Source of the DNA: Rubripirellula sp. | GTDB taxonomy: Bacteria; Planctomycetota; Planctomycetia; Pirellulales; Pirellulaceae | Length of the DNA: 64,000 nt | Direction of reading: 5' to 3' | Assembly (NCBI GenBank): GCA_965216875.1 | Contig: OZ244207.1 | Coordinates: 1,984,001 to 2,048,000, forward strand | Part shown: in pieces, positions 38,749 through 49,439 of the stretch | Numbering within the stretch: position 1 is the first letter of the stretch | How the letters are laid out: each line of letters starts with the position of its first letter | Program-made: the position numbers and the translations under genes | Notes under the pieces: generated by a model | Told to the model about the DNA's origin: nothing | Database searches by the model: none | Seen by the model: the letters and a program-made list of their open reading frames with translations, nothing else

Positions 38749-40302
38749 ATGTCTCGAAACTTTGGTCCACGCATTGTGGCCGTCCTTGCACTCTTTGGTG
38801 TTGCCATCGGGATTTGCCAGGACGCCAATGCTCAACAGAAACCCAACATCGTTGTCATCTGGGGCGATGATGTCGGTTGGGGAAACCCCAGTTGCTACAA
38901 CAGCGGCATGATGGGTTATCGCACGCCCAACATTGACCGGCTCGCTCAAGAAGGTGTGCGAATGACCGACTGGTACGGGCAAAACAGCTGCACCGCAGGT
39001 CGCTCGACTTTCATCACTGGCCAAAGTGGGTTCCGTACGGGGCTGTTGAAAGTTGGCTTGCCAGGAGCCAAAGAAGGCATGTCGACTCTCGATCCGACGA
39101 TTGCGGGCTTGCTTAAGAATCATGGCTACATGACCGCCCAGTACGGCAAAAACCATTTGGGTGATCGCGACGAGCATTTACCGTCGAATCATGGCTTCGA
39201 CGAGTTCTTCGGGAACTTGTATCACCTGAATGCCGAACAGGAGCCCGAGCACGCGGACTACCCAAAGGATCCCGCATTCCGCGAGAAGTTTGGTCCTCGT
39301 GGTGTGATCAAGTCCTCGGCGGATGGTGAGATCAAAGATACCGGACCGCTCACAATCAAGCGTATGGAAACGGTCGACGAAGAGATCACTGCCGGCGCAC
39401 TCGATTTTATGGATCGCGCGAAGAAGGCCGACAAGCCATTCTTTCTCTGGTGGAACTCAACCCGCATGCACGTTTGGACTCACCTCAAAGATGCGTCAAA
39501 AGACAAGACGGGATTTGGAGTGTACGCCGATGGGATGGTCGAACATGACGGGCACGTCGGCCAGGTTCTGGACAAACTCGACGAACTCGGGCTGACGGAA
39601 AACACGCTCGTGATGTACTCGACCGACAACGGCGCCGAGTGCTTTACTTGGCCTGATGGGGGCACCACCCCTTTCCGAAACGAAAAGAACTCGAACTGGG
39701 AAGGCGCCTACCGCGTTCCTTGCATCATGCGATGGCCTGGCAAAATCAAGCCGGGCACGGTCAATAACAACATTGGCTCGCACGAAGACATGCTGCCAAC
39801 CATTCTCGCCGCTGCTGGCGAACCGGATGTGAAAGAGAAACTTCTTTCGGGACACCAGGCAATTGGCCGTGACTACAAGGTCCACCTGGACGGTTACAAC
39901 TTGGTGCCTGGCCTGACCGGCGCGGATGTCGAATGGCCGCGCAAGGAGTTTTTCTATTGGACGGATGGTGGCAGTCTGTGCGCATTGCGATACGGACGCT
40001 GGAAAATGGTATTCCAAGAACAGCGGGCGCACGGTTTCGATGTCTGGCAAGAACCTTTCGTGACCTTGCGACTGCCCAAACTCTTCTGCCTCCGCACCGA
40101 TCCGTTCGAACGGGCCGATCACGAAGCGTATCAATACGACGGCTGGCGATTTGATCGCGCGTTTGCGTTTGTGCCGGCTCAGGCGTTCGTGGCAAAACAC
40201 CTTGAAACGTACAAGGAATTCCCACCTCGTCAAAAACCTGGCAGTTTTGCGCTCGACGATGTCCTAAGCGCTCTTCAAACGGCTGCGAATCCGAATAAGT
40301 AG
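38749..40302 (+). CDS. Secreted arylsulfatase
   Basis: KPNIVVIWGDD, SCTAGR, GKNHLG and STDNG. RBS AGGAG. Confidence 0.93.
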   Translation: MSRNFGPRIVAVLALFGVAIGICQDANAQQKPNIVVIWGDDVGWGNPSCYNSGMMGYRTPNIDRLAQEGVRMTDWYGQNSCTAGRSTFITGQSGFRTGLLKVGLPGAKEGMSTLDPTIAGLLKNHGYMTAQYGKNHLGDRDEHLPSNHGFDEFFGNLYHLNAEQEPEHADYPKDPAFREKFGPRGVIKSSADGEIKDTGPLTIKRMETVDEEITAGALDFMDRAKKADKPFFLWWNSTRMHVWTHLKDASKDKTGFGVYADGMVEHDGHVGQVLDKLDELGLTENTLVMYSTDNGAECFTWPDGGTTPFRNEKNSNWEGAYRVPCIMRWPGKIKPGTVNNNIGSHEDMLPTILAAAGEPDVKEKLLSGHQAIGRDYKVHLDGYNLVPGLTGADVEWPRKEFFYWTDGGSLCALRYGRWKMVFQEQRAHGFDVWQEPFVTLRLPKLFCLRTDPFERADHEAYQYDGWRFDRAFAFVPAQAFVAKHLETYKEFPPRQKPGSFALDDVLSALQTAANPNK

Positions 40303-40408
40303 CCTTCCAATTACGAGCGGTCGTGGTTTGCATCGCGAACCACGGCCGTATTCTCAACGCTCGAGATCGTGTGTTGGCTACAGGCGCATGTTCATTCGCA
40401 GGCCGAAT

Positions 40409-40469
40409 GTCGCCTTTCGCTCCGCGAAAGTAGCGTCCACAATCGCAACTTTTGCAGAGCAAAAGGCGA
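40409..40469. repeat. Family D palindromic repeat, decayed right arm
   Basis: Left arm identical to the 24073 copy. The right arm has substitutions. Confidence 0.8.
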
Positions 40470-40717
40470 GTGTGCCGAAGCTCGGCACAAAAGCAATCAC
40501 AGCCTCACTGAGTGGGACCTTCGTTTGAAACCCAGCCCTTTGGTGGCCTGTGGGAAGATGCCGGCTAAAGGTCGGTACTACGGCTTGTAGAATCGGAACT
40601 TCACCGTGACCGCGGAATCCTATGCGCGGTCAGTGGGCCCCCGAATCGAAGACACTTTGGTATCATCTGGGGGTCCAATTCGATTCGCCTCTTACCCGCT
40701 CACGCCAAGGTGTCGCA

Positions 40718-41263
40718 ATGGTTGAACTCTGGCTGCCAATCCTCGTCACAACGGTCGCACTTTTCTTCGCGAGTTTTCTCTCGTGGATGGTTGTGAAGCT
40801 GCACGAGAAGGACTGGGTGAAGATGCCGGATGAAGACAAGGTGATCGATGCCGTTCGCGAGGGTGGGATTCCCGAGGGGAACTACATGTTTCCGGGCGCG
40901 AACACGATGAAAGAAATGAACGAGCCGGAATATGTCGCCAAGTACAACGCCGGACCGAGAGGCATCATCACCGTGTTGCCCGCCGCAAACATGGGCAAGA
41001 ATCTTGCACTGACGATGTTCTACTTCTTCGTTTGCAGCGCGACCTTCGCGTATCTCGCCAGTTTTGCCATCGGTGGCGAAGCGACCGACAAACTGACGGT
41101 CTTTCGGTTTGTCGCCACCGTCGCACTACTCACTTTCTGTGCTTCGATTCTGCAACACGCGATTTGGTTCAAGAATCGAGTGGTCGGGCACGTGATTGAA
41201 TCGATCGTCTACGCTCTGATCGCGGGTGGCATCTTTGCGGGCCTTTGGCCAGCGGCCGCGTAG
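40718..41263 (+). CDS. Hypothetical membrane protein
   Basis: About four TM segments with LHEKDW and PEGNYMFP. Confidence 0.75.
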   Translation: MVELWLPILVTTVALFFASFLSWMVVKLHEKDWVKMPDEDKVIDAVREGGIPEGNYMFPGANTMKEMNEPEYVAKYNAGPRGIITVLPAANMGKNLALTMFYFFVCSATFAYLASFAIGGEATDKLTVFRFVATVALLTFCASILQHAIWFKNRVVGHVIESIVYALIAGGIFAGLWPAAA

Positions 41264-41307
41264 CCCTCAGCGATTCGTTTACACGCTGCTCTGAAAGAGA
41301 ACTCTGA

Positions 41308-44300
41308 GTGCGAAGACCGTTCAAGTCCTGTTTCATTACCGTCACGCTCGTTCTTGCTGGATGCGGTGGTAAGGATCAAGCCAACACACCAAACGCGTCT
41401 GCTAAACCGGAAGTGGCGGAGCAGGTCGGGACGCAAGCGAGTGATGGACCCGACGCTTTGCTTCAACAAGCTCGTACCGCGTTGCAATCCGGTGATCGGG
41501 TACGGGCAAAGCGAAAGGCCGAGCAGGTTCTGATTGCTCGGCCAAACGACTACGACGCATCCGTGGTTCTGATTTCGGTCGCGGTGCTTGAGGAGGACTT
41601 CAAGCAGGCCGTCAGTCTGCTTGTCGACACAGCCGATGTGCACGCCGACAAACGAGCGCAATTGTTGCTGCAAGCCGCTGACTTTATGTTGCGTGACGGT
41701 CAGCGCGATCGCGGTATTGGTACGCTGCGCACGTTGGTCGACGAATTCCCCGACGACCTGATGGCGCGACGTCGGCTCGCTCTGGCGCTGAACAATCAGG
41801 GGTTCCGATTTGACGCCAATGAATTGCTTCGCGAGTTGATGCGCGAAACGCCACTTTCCGAGGCGGAACTTGTCGGCTTGATGCGGCCCATGCAACCCTG
41901 GGCGACCTTTCAATCCAAGCCGTCAGCTAGCGATCATGAACTCGTTGATCGCGTTGGGATCTTAAATGTGGTTGCTGCACTTCAGAGCCGCGGTGATGTT
42001 GACGATGCACTTGCGGCACTCGAACCGAGTGAGCTGCTGAAGTCGGGCGACCCTGCAGCGCAAAGTTGCTATGGATGGCTACTGTCGACCAACCAGCGGT
42101 TCGACGAACTGTCTCGGTGGGCTGCAACCACCGACGCGCGGCATCAACGTTATCCGGCCTACTGGATTGCAATGGGAAACCTCGCAGTTCACCGGCGCGA
42201 TCGGTCAGCACGCTTCTGTTTCCTTCAAGCCATGTTGCGCGAACCAAGCTTTTTGGAAGCGATTCAGGGCTTGGCCGCTGCGATGCGTCTTGAAGGTGAA
42301 ACCGAAGGTGTCGATCGGCTTGAGAAACGCGTGAGCAGGATTCGTTCGACCCAGCGTCTGTTAATGCAAACAGGAAGCGAACCGAATAATTTGAATCTTC
42401 GACTCGAGATCGCCGAGCACCTGCGCGTGATGGGACGCGAGCTCGAAGGCGTGCTGTGGCAAGAGATCGTCTTTTTGCAACAACCCGAATCGACTCCGTC
42501 ACGCATCAAGATCGAGCAGTTTCGACAATCGCTAAGCGGGAGTGATTGGAGTGGTATTTCCGAACCCAGTTTGCTTTGCGGGTTCAAGCTCGAAGGACTT
42601 GCAACGCATGATGCGATGTTGGCAACGATCAAGGCGTCCGTCTCCGACACGGTGCCGAATGCAGCACCCCGCGCCGAGACAATCGGTGCTGTTGATACAC
42701 GGCACCAAATCGTCCTGCACGACGAAGCCTCTGACTTGGGTGTTGCTTTCCAGTATCGAAATGCCAATGTGCCCGTGCAGCGGAATTTTCGACTGTTCGA
42801 AGCACTCGGGGCCGGCTGCGTCTGGCTTGATTTTGACCAGGACGGATGGGTTGATCTCTACCTTGGGCAAGCGGCATGCGACCCACAAGCCGAAACATCT
42901 TCGACGGTTCAAGAAGATTCGAACCGTCTGTATCGCAATGGCGAGCATGTGTTTACCGACGTCACGCTTGAGTCCTTGACGACTGATTGGAACTACACGC
43001 TGGGGATGACATCGGGAGACCTCAACCAAGATGGTTTCCCCGACTTGGTGATTGGAAACGTCGGTGTCAATCGGGTCCTAATCAATCAAGGCGATGGAAC
43101 CTTTCGCGAACAACCGATCGGCGGGGATTGGAACAGGGGCAAGTTGACGTCGTCACTCGCGATCGCGGACATCACCGGCGACGCTCTACCTGAGGTTATC
43201 GAGTCGGCGTATGTCGACGATCCTCAGGTTTTCGACGAAATTGAATTTGATGCTGCCGGGAAAGCGATTTCGCTGCCGAGCCCAAAGCAGGTACGGGCCG
43301 CGCGGGCGCGTTACTTTTCTGGAGTTACGGGTGATGATGCGACCACGGAATTGTTCGACACTTCGGCCGAAACGCTCACGACCGGGCTCGGACTGATCGT
43401 GACCGACATCGATGGTGATGGTGGCAACGAAGTCTTTTCTGCAAACGACCAAAACCCCAATCATCTATGGAAACGAACAAGCGAAAACAGCAAACCGCCC
43501 GCGTGGACCGACTTCGGCATCATCAGCGGCGTAGCGTTCGGGAAAGGGGGAAAACCCTTTGCGTGCATGGGTGTTGCGGTTGCCGATTTTGACCAGAACG
43601 GGAAGCTTGACCTGCATATCACCAACTATTCAGGTGAATGCTCCAATCAATACATGCAGCAGACGGGTGAGACGCTGCGCTTTGTTGACCAAGCACTGGT
43701 GTATGGGTTGAATGGGCCGACGGTTGGCATGGTCGGGTTTGGCGTTCAGGCGATCGATTTTGACAATGACTCCGATGAGGACTTGGTGATCGCGAACGGC
43801 CACATCGATGATTTTGTCGAGCTCGGTTTGGGATTCGAAATGCCAACGCAAGTGCTGTCGCGTGTCGGTGAGACATTCGAGCTTTCGGATGTGGCTGGCG
43901 AGCCCAGCTATTGGAAGGCAAGGCATCTCGGACGGGCGATTGGCAAAGCGGATTGGAACCGCGACGGCAAACTTGACTTTGCGGTCACTCATCTCAGACG
44001 TCCCGTCGCAGTGATGAGGAACTCGACCGCATCCGACGGCCAGTTCCTGCAGCTGCAACTTGTCGGTTTGCAGTCCGAACGAGATGCGATCGGTGCGACC
44101 GTTAAGGTAACGTTTGACGGACGCACGATCGTCAAAGCGATCCAATCTGGCGATGGGTACATGGCCAAGAACGAGTCGGTGTTGTGCTTCGGTCTTGGGA
44201 AAGGGAATGAGGCCGAGTCAATCAGCGTCGAATGGCCCAGCGGGCAAGTTCAAGAGTTTCGGGATGTCGGCTCCGGTACGCGTTACTTGGCGATCGAAGG

Positions 44301-44334
44301 AGAGAACTCGCTTTGGAATCGCTGGGAACGATAA
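41308..44334 (+). CDS. Lipoprotein with TPR-like region, FG-GAP/VCBS repeats and ASPIC/UnbV domain (CRTAC1-like)
   Basis: LAGC lipobox, repeated DxDxDGxxDL and RDAIGATV...FGLG...VEWPSG. Confidence 0.88.
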   Translation: MRRPFKSCFITVTLVLAGCGGKDQANTPNASAKPEVAEQVGTQASDGPDALLQQARTALQSGDRVRAKRKAEQVLIARPNDYDASVVLISVAVLEEDFKQAVSLLVDTADVHADKRAQLLLQAADFMLRDGQRDRGIGTLRTLVDEFPDDLMARRRLALALNNQGFRFDANELLRELMRETPLSEAELVGLMRPMQPWATFQSKPSASDHELVDRVGILNVVAALQSRGDVDDALAALEPSELLKSGDPAAQSCYGWLLSTNQRFDELSRWAATTDARHQRYPAYWIAMGNLAVHRRDRSARFCFLQAMLREPSFLEAIQGLAAAMRLEGETEGVDRLEKRVSRIRSTQRLLMQTGSEPNNLNLRLEIAEHLRVMGRELEGVLWQEIVFLQQPESTPSRIKIEQFRQSLSGSDWSGISEPSLLCGFKLEGLATHDAMLATIKASVSDTVPNAAPRAETIGAVDTRHQIVLHDEASDLGVAFQYRNANVPVQRNFRLFEALGAGCVWLDFDQDGWVDLYLGQAACDPQAETSSTVQEDSNRLYRNGEHVFTDVTLESLTTDWNYTLGMTSGDLNQDGFPDLVIGNVGVNRVLINQGDGTFREQPIGGDWNRGKLTSSLAIADITGDALPEVIESAYVDDPQVFDEIEFDAAGKAISLPSPKQVRAARARYFSGVTGDDATTELFDTSAETLTTGLGLIVTDIDGDGGNEVFSANDQNPNHLWKRTSENSKPPAWTDFGIISGVAFGKGGKPFACMGVAVADFDQNGKLDLHITNYSGECSNQYMQQTGETLRFVDQALVYGLNGPTVGMVGFGVQAIDFDNDSDEDLVIANGHIDDFVELGLGFEMPTQVLSRVGETFELSDVAGEPSYWKARHLGRAIGKADWNRDGKLDFAVTHLRRPVAVMRNSTASDGQFLQLQLVGLQSERDAIGATVKVTFDGRTIVKAIQSGDGYMAKNESVLCFGLGKGNEAESISVEWPSGQVQEFRDVGSGTRYLAIEGENSLWNRWER

Positions 44335-44448
44335 ACGGCGATGCATTCCTCATCGCCATCGGGATAACGGCCTAAACTGGTTGTCGCGGATGCGGGCGAG
44401 GCGTCCATGCCACCCGCTTCCCTCTGCAGCCGTTTCACCCTGGCTGGG

Positions 44449-45591
44449 TTAGAAACCGAAACGGCCTGCAATCACACCTCGCATCAATTCATCATCAAGC
44501 GGCGACATGTCACCAAAGATCATGTCATCACCGTCATCTCCGTAAAGCAAGTCGCTGCCCAATCCGCCAAAGATGATGTCGGCGTTGGACAAGGCTTGTT
44601 GCGGTTCGCCATCATCCGACTCTGCTTCGCCCTCGGCTGTTTCGGCGACAACTTCGATGTTCGGTTCGTCCGATTCTGCGTCTTCGTTGGCGGCTTCAGG
44701 TTGCGCTATTGGGGCTTGCTGGTTGGGTGTCGAGTCCGTTGGAACCGGTTCGGCTTCCTCGGTCGTGACTTCGGCTTCAGCATCAACCGTCCCGACATCG
44801 CCCTCAGCAGAAGCTTCGAGATCGACCGGCTGGTCCAGCTCAGCTACGGGAGTTGCCTCTTCGCCAACGGGCAGCGGCTCAGGTTCGGCCATGCAAGGCT
44901 CGCTGAATTCGATCTCTTCGGGAACCGGTTCCGCGATGACCGCAATCGGGGTCGCCGTTTCCGCATCGCCTACCGCGTCGTCTTCAACGGGCGTTTCGGC
45001 AGTCGGGGCATCGGCTTGTTGCGCATCGTTGGCTTCATCGACCTGTTCGTTCTCGACCGAGTCGTTGGTTTCGGTCGACGATTCTGAATTCGATTCATCG
45101 GCCGACTGCGACTCGGTGTCTGCTGGCGAATCATCCGTCGTTGGCGCGAGTGAAATTGCAGTATTGACGCCAGGGCCGGCAAAGACTTGGTCGTTGCCAC
45201 CGCCACCAAGAATCAGGTCGTTACCCGTTCCGCCCAACAGGATATCGTCGCCGCCGCCCCCGAGTAGCACATCATCACCGGCTCCCGCGCGTGCGACGAC
45301 GCGAACCGAAGTGTCGTTGACCAACAGGTCGTCGCCATCACCGCATTGAAACACAATCTCGTTGACTTGGTCTGCTGCGAACGATGCCGATTGCTCACTC
45401 GTTGCAAGTCCAGAGTCGTCGAAGCTGGAGAGATTCACGACCACGGCGCCATTCTCAGAATAGACTTCCGCCGCATCGTGATGATCGGTGCCAGTGATCG
45501 CGATCGTTCCGTCGAACATCGCTATGTCACCGGCCATCAACTGACGCGATTCCAAAGCTTGAACAGCCAACCGTTTCGTAACACGCTTCAT
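44449..45591 (-). CDS. Planctomycete extracellular-domain protein with RTX-like Ca-binding repeats and acidic linker
   Basis: RLAVQALESRQLMAGD, repeated GGxGxD nonapeptides and an E/D/A/P-rich region. Confidence 0.82.
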   Translation of the reverse strand: MKRVTKRLAVQALESRQLMAGDIAMFDGTIAITGTDHHDAAEVYSENGAVVVNLSSFDDSGLATSEQSASFAADQVNEIVFQCGDGDDLLVNDTSVRVVARAGAGDDVLLGGGGDDILLGGTGNDLILGGGGNDQVFAGPGVNTAISLAPTTDDSPADTESQSADESNSESSTETNDSVENEQVDEANDAQQADAPTAETPVEDDAVGDAETATPIAVIAEPVPEEIEFSEPCMAEPEPLPVGEEATPVAELDQPVDLEASAEGDVGTVDAEAEVTTEEAEPVPTDSTPNQQAPIAQPEAANEDAESDEPNIEVVAETAEGEAESDDGEPQQALSNADIIFGGLGSDLLYGDDGDDMIFGDMSPLDDELMRGVIAGRFGF

Positions 45592-45955
45592 CGCAATAAT
45601 CCTCTTGCGAGCCAAAGAACGCTCTGTGACCTGAACCGAACAGACCACAACCGCTCTCGAGAACCATGGAAAAGAGCCAGCAACCTTCACTCGAGAGGCG
45701 TGAAACCGTTCACCCGTCTCGCGGTTGCTTTGGCAATGCGTGCTTACGCAGAGAATGTGCCAATCGAATGACTAGCAATTGAAGAATGATCGGACGACCG
45801 CGAAAAGGTGCGGCAGACAGGCCGCGAATCGCCGCCAAAAAAATACTTCATCCAATAGCGAGAATCAGATTCGAAACCCGCATTCCCTTTTCAAACAATG
45901 TCGAATTTACCGAGCATGGAAGGAATTACAAACCAAACACTCGAGTGAAACTCGA

Positions 45956-46378
45956 TCAATCGAGGGCGAGAACGATGTTGAGTCCATCGGTCTTGCCAGC
46001 TTCGATTTTGGTTCGAAGTCCGCTGGTGTAGTAGTCGGCATACTTGCGCGGAACGGTATTGCCGTGTTGATGGTCTTCGGCAGCCAAGTCTTCAGTCAGG
46101 ACGATCTGAACCACAACGATTTCATACTCGCCAGGTGGCAAGCCGATGGTCCCGTCGGTGCTCTTTAGTCGAAACCGCCCATCCTTGGCAATTCTCGCAG
46201 CGTACCGGTCGCCATACGATACGCGTCGGAATTCGATACTGCCCGATTGAACGGGTGTACCATCATCGAACGAAACCTGGCCCATCGCGGTGACAAGGTT
46301 CGAGCCGCAACCAGAGAGCGCCAAGCACAGCGACAGGATCGGTAGCGACCAAACAAGACGTCGATCAACTCGGCTCAA
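45956..46378 (-). CDS. Small lipoprotein of the type that accompanies DUF1559 genes (carboxypeptidase regulatory-like fold)
   Basis: LALSGC, G.V.F.DG.PV, GLPPGEY and VPRKY..Y.TSGL. A TTG start overlaps the DUF1559 stop. Confidence 0.78.
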   Translation of the reverse strand: MSRVDRRLVWSLPILSLCLALSGCGSNLVTAMGQVSFDDGTPVQSGSIEFRRVSYGDRYAARIAKDGRFRLKSTDGTIGLPPGEYEIVVVQIVLTEDLAAEDHQHGNTVPRKYADYYTSGLRTKIEAGKTDGLNIVLALD

Positions 46379-47436
46379 TGCGTCAGCTCCACAACGCGAG
46401 CATCCCGCCGGTTGGCCAATTTGCCGAGCAACTTGGTATCCGTTTCTGGAGAGAAGAAATGAACACTGCCATCGACGAATGCAAAGTGCACGCCGCCCGG
46501 ATGCCAACTGCCAAAGGAAAACATGTCGGCGAGCACATCACTGGGACTGTGAGCCAATCGCAAACCAGGGCCGGCAAGACGACTGGAGGCGGGAAGGTGG
46601 TCACCATCGTAGGCAGGCGAATCTTCAGGAAAGACGCCGAGGCCATTGTGCGGAATGAACTTCTCGCCAAACAGGAACGTGTTGGAGGTTCCGTCGAACA
46701 CCGAGGCCATTTTGACCCGGTCCATCGGAGTGACTGCTTTTCCATCACTGCAAATGGGGCGGCAACTGATGATCACGCCCGTTCCATTGCCGCCGAAATA
46801 AAAGTCGGTTGGATCGCCTGTTGCACCGGGCGTCAAATCGCCGTGGTTGCCGGCGTAGTCGGATAGTGCACCGATAACGTCCAGGTCAACTTCGGTTGGA
46901 CGCGGTCCCACGGGGCAACCACAAGGCAACGTGCCACCTTCGCCTGACGTCGTCGTGCGAAGATTGCGTTGCCCGATCGGCTGGGTTCCCGAACGACGCG
47001 ACGGACAAAGGAAGATGTCGGGAATGGTGGTTCGCACTTCTTCCGAGTGCTGGTGCCAGGGTTTGGAGTAGTCCCATTTATCACCCAAGGCGACCTGTTC
47101 GATGTACGGCATGACTCGAACCAACCAAGTTGGCGTTTCGAGCCCGCATTGGTTGATCGGGTCAGCATCGGGACGGGTTTCGTACCGGGCTGGTGGAAAA
47201 TAACCGAGCGCATCGTGGTGCATTTGCGTCGCCAGCGCAAGTTGTCGAACGCGGTTCGCGCAATCGGTCTTCCGTGCCGCTTCTCGCGCCGCTTGTACCG
47301 CTGGAAGAAGCAGCCCAACGAGTATTCCGATGATCGTCATCACGACGATGAGTTCGACGAGAGTGAACCCGCGACGAGCACGTTGAGGCTGAGCGAAAGT
47401 CGTTTCCATTGGTTTTCCCACCCAAACAGGGTTCAT
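46375..47436 (-). CDS. DUF1559 prepilin-type N-terminal cleavage domain protein
   Basis: GFTLVELIVVMTIIGILVGLLLPAVQAAREAAR, DGTSNT and HPGGVHFAFVDGSV. Confidence 0.93.
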   Translation of the reverse strand: MNPVWVGKPMETTFAQPQRARRGFTLVELIVVMTIIGILVGLLLPAVQAAREAARKTDCANRVRQLALATQMHHDALGYFPPARYETRPDADPINQCGLETPTWLVRVMPYIEQVALGDKWDYSKPWHQHSEEVRTTIPDIFLCPSRRSGTQPIGQRNLRTTTSGEGGTLPCGCPVGPRPTEVDLDVIGALSDYAGNHGDLTPGATGDPTDFYFGGNGTGVIISCRPICSDGKAVTPMDRVKMASVFDGTSNTFLFGEKFIPHNGLGVFPEDSPAYDGDHLPASSRLAGPGLRLAHSPSDVLADMFSFGSWHPGGVHFAFVDGSVHFFSPETDTKLLGKLANRRDARVVELTH

Positions 47437-47819
47437 TTGCGAGCACTCATCCTAGATTCTCTGGGGGGGATAATCTACCTACACCACCCGCAATCACTGA
47501 TCTTAACCGTTCTCAGCCTGTGTCGGAGCACCCTTTTCCGTTTATTCCAGCGGTACGGATGTCGCACCTTCGACGCCCCTTTTGGCTGGCCGGTTCCCAG
47601 CCACCGGGAATCAGCGCCCGAGTCAGCTCTCGCCAGGCCACGACTAGCAGCGGTGTCGGCGGATTGAGGCAAGGTTTCAGTGCCGCCAGAGCGGGCATCC
47701 GCCGACTTGTGGCGGGCCGCCGCGGGCCCCGCAATTGATGGCGTTTCGCGGTTGCGAAAGTGTTTACTAATTCGCTGCATACGTCGGAATCTTGCCGGCT
47801 TCCAGTCCGATAATCTTCG

Positions 47820-47957
47820 CAGGAAGGAAGGTACCGGCCTGACTTCTGTTGGGGCAGATGCAGCGACCGCCAAACGCTGCCGTGGCCTTGCGGACCTACC
47901 CCCCGCAATGCCGCGTCCGGAAAGACCGCTCAGTCATCGACTGGGCGGTCTTTTTTT
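47820..47957 (+). ncRNA. Candidate small structured RNA (family unknown)
   Basis: No convincing ORF. A GATAAT element at 47809-47814 is followed by two stem-loops and a strong terminator. Confidence 0.3.
47921..47957 (+). terminator. Intrinsic terminator
   Basis: AAAGACCGCTCAGTC-ATC-GACTGGGCGGTC followed by T7. Confidence 0.8.
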
Positions 47958-47988
47958 GTGCATGTGAGCTTCTCGAAGCACACATCTC

Positions 47989-48038
47989 TTGACCGCTAGG
48001 TCACTACTGATATAGTGGCTATATCACAAGTGAGCTAG
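47989..48038 (+). promoter_or_regulatory. padR promoter overlapped by a 43 bp imperfect palindrome (likely operator)
   Basis: TTGACC, 16 nt, TATAGT. The palindrome reads CTAGGTCACT-ac-TGATATAG-tgg-CTATATCA-ca-AGTGAGCTAG. Confidence 0.7.
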
Positions 48039-48065
48039 TGAGGCGGCAAATCCACCGAGGCAACG

Positions 48066-48662
48066 ATGAGCCTGGAACACATCCTCTTGGGCATGCTCCG
48101 TACGCCCTCGAGCGGCTACGACCTTCGCCGCGAATTTGCAACGGGCGCGGCGCACTTTTGGGCAGCTGGCTTGAACCAGATCTATCCCACGCTTCAACGC
48201 ATGGAAGAGAAGCAGTGGCTCAAGAGCAAAGAAGAGCAATCGGAACAGGGGCCGCCGCGGCGTGTCTATCGCCGGACCGCGGCGGGGACACGAGAGCTTC
48301 GCAGCTGGCTTGCCTCGGATCCCAAAATGCCAGCGCATCGATTGGCATACATCGGTCAGCTCGTGTTCCTTGGCCAGCTTGATGACCTTGAGGAATCACA
48401 CCGGTTTGTCACCGAACTACGCGAAGGATTTGTACAGAGCATTGCTGTTTTCGACGCTCCGTTTAACGACGAAACGGACGCCTCCGCCCTTGAGCTGATG
48501 AAGCACGCGTTCGAGACGGATGCCACCGCGCTAGGCAACCTCGAGTTTCACTACATGCTCAGCATGCAGCTAGGGCGTGAATCGATTCAAAACAAGATCG
48601 CAATTTGTGACTGGATGCTTGAGATGATCAAACGCAAACAAGAGGCGACCGAGAATGCTTAA
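48066..48662 (+). CDS. PadR family transcriptional regulator
   Basis: ILLGML...SGYDL...QIYPTLQRME...RRVYRRTAAG. Confidence 0.9.
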   Translation: MSLEHILLGMLRTPSSGYDLRREFATGAAHFWAAGLNQIYPTLQRMEEKQWLKSKEEQSEQGPPRRVYRRTAAGTRELRSWLASDPKMPAHRLAYIGQLVFLGQLDDLEESHRFVTELREGFVQSIAVFDAPFNDETDASALELMKHAFETDATALGNLEFHYMLSMQLGRESIQNKIAICDWMLEMIKRKQEATENA

Positions 48663-49434
48663 TATGATTCACGACGGGTGGGTTTGGTTGCACATTGCTG
48701 TCGGTAGCATTGGCACCGCCGTTTTTTGGGTCGCCGCGTTGTCGAAGAAAGGGGGCCCGCTTCATCGCAAGGCGGGCAAGCTCTTCGTCTGGTCAGCTTA
48801 CGTTATCGCCGCGACAGCACTTGTCTCATGCACTTGGGGACTAGTTCACACCAAGAGTTTTGTGGAGGGGGCGACGCTGAGCTCGCCACAGCTTGCACAA
48901 TTCCGTTTGTTCATATCGCTGTTGGGCGTGCTTGCGTTTGTGACCTGTGCGTCGGCGATCTTGGGAATGCGCGTCTTGTGGCACAAGAATGTTCCGGACA
49001 AAGTGCTGAGCCGCCCCCTTGCTGTGATCTATTGGCTTCAGGGAACGTCGAGTCTCGGATTGCTCGCGCTGGGTATCGGCTATCTGTCGACAGGATTCCT
49101 GCATCCGTTGACTTACGCCGCGACCGTGTTGGGCATCGTGTTCACATTAAATGCCATCGGAGAGTATCGCTACGCAAAGTCACCCCCAAGTGCAGCGAAG
49201 GCGTGGCTGGCCAAACACATTGCGTGCATGCTTGGCTGCGGGATTGCGTTTCATACCGCGTTGCTGCTGGCGGGGGCTCGCCGACTACTTGAAGGTTTGC
49301 TACCGGGTGCATTGGCCATCGCACCGTGGATTCTGCCCACCATCATCGGCATGATCGCGATCACGGTTTTGACTAATCGCTACGCACCGACACCAAAAGC
49401 GCGCGATCATGAGCAGAGTCTCGAGACCGAGTAA
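48655..49434 (+). CDS. DUF2306-like membrane protein
   Basis: LHI..G, KKGGPLHRKAGK, H...M...IAFHTA and multiple TM segments. Confidence 0.7.
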   Translation: MLNMIHDGWVWLHIAVGSIGTAVFWVAALSKKGGPLHRKAGKLFVWSAYVIAATALVSCTWGLVHTKSFVEGATLSSPQLAQFRLFISLLGVLAFVTCASAILGMRVLWHKNVPDKVLSRPLAVIYWLQGTSSLGLLALGIGYLSTGFLHPLTYAATVLGIVFTLNAIGEYRYAKSPPSAAKAWLAKHIACMLGCGIAFHTALLLAGARRLLEGLLPGALAIAPWILPTIIGMIAITVLTNRYAPTPKARDHEQSLETE

Positions 49435-49439
49435 CGGTC

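Noticed and set aside
44392..44413. Possible degenerate GTGG-type REP (also a hairpin at about 38571-38620)
   Set aside because: Single, weak copies in this window that cannot be distinguished from terminator-like hairpins.
47460..47960. tmRNA, SRP RNA, RNase P RNA or cobalamin riboswitch
   Set aside because: The hallmark motifs were not found on either strand, so the region is kept only as an unknown sRNA candidate.
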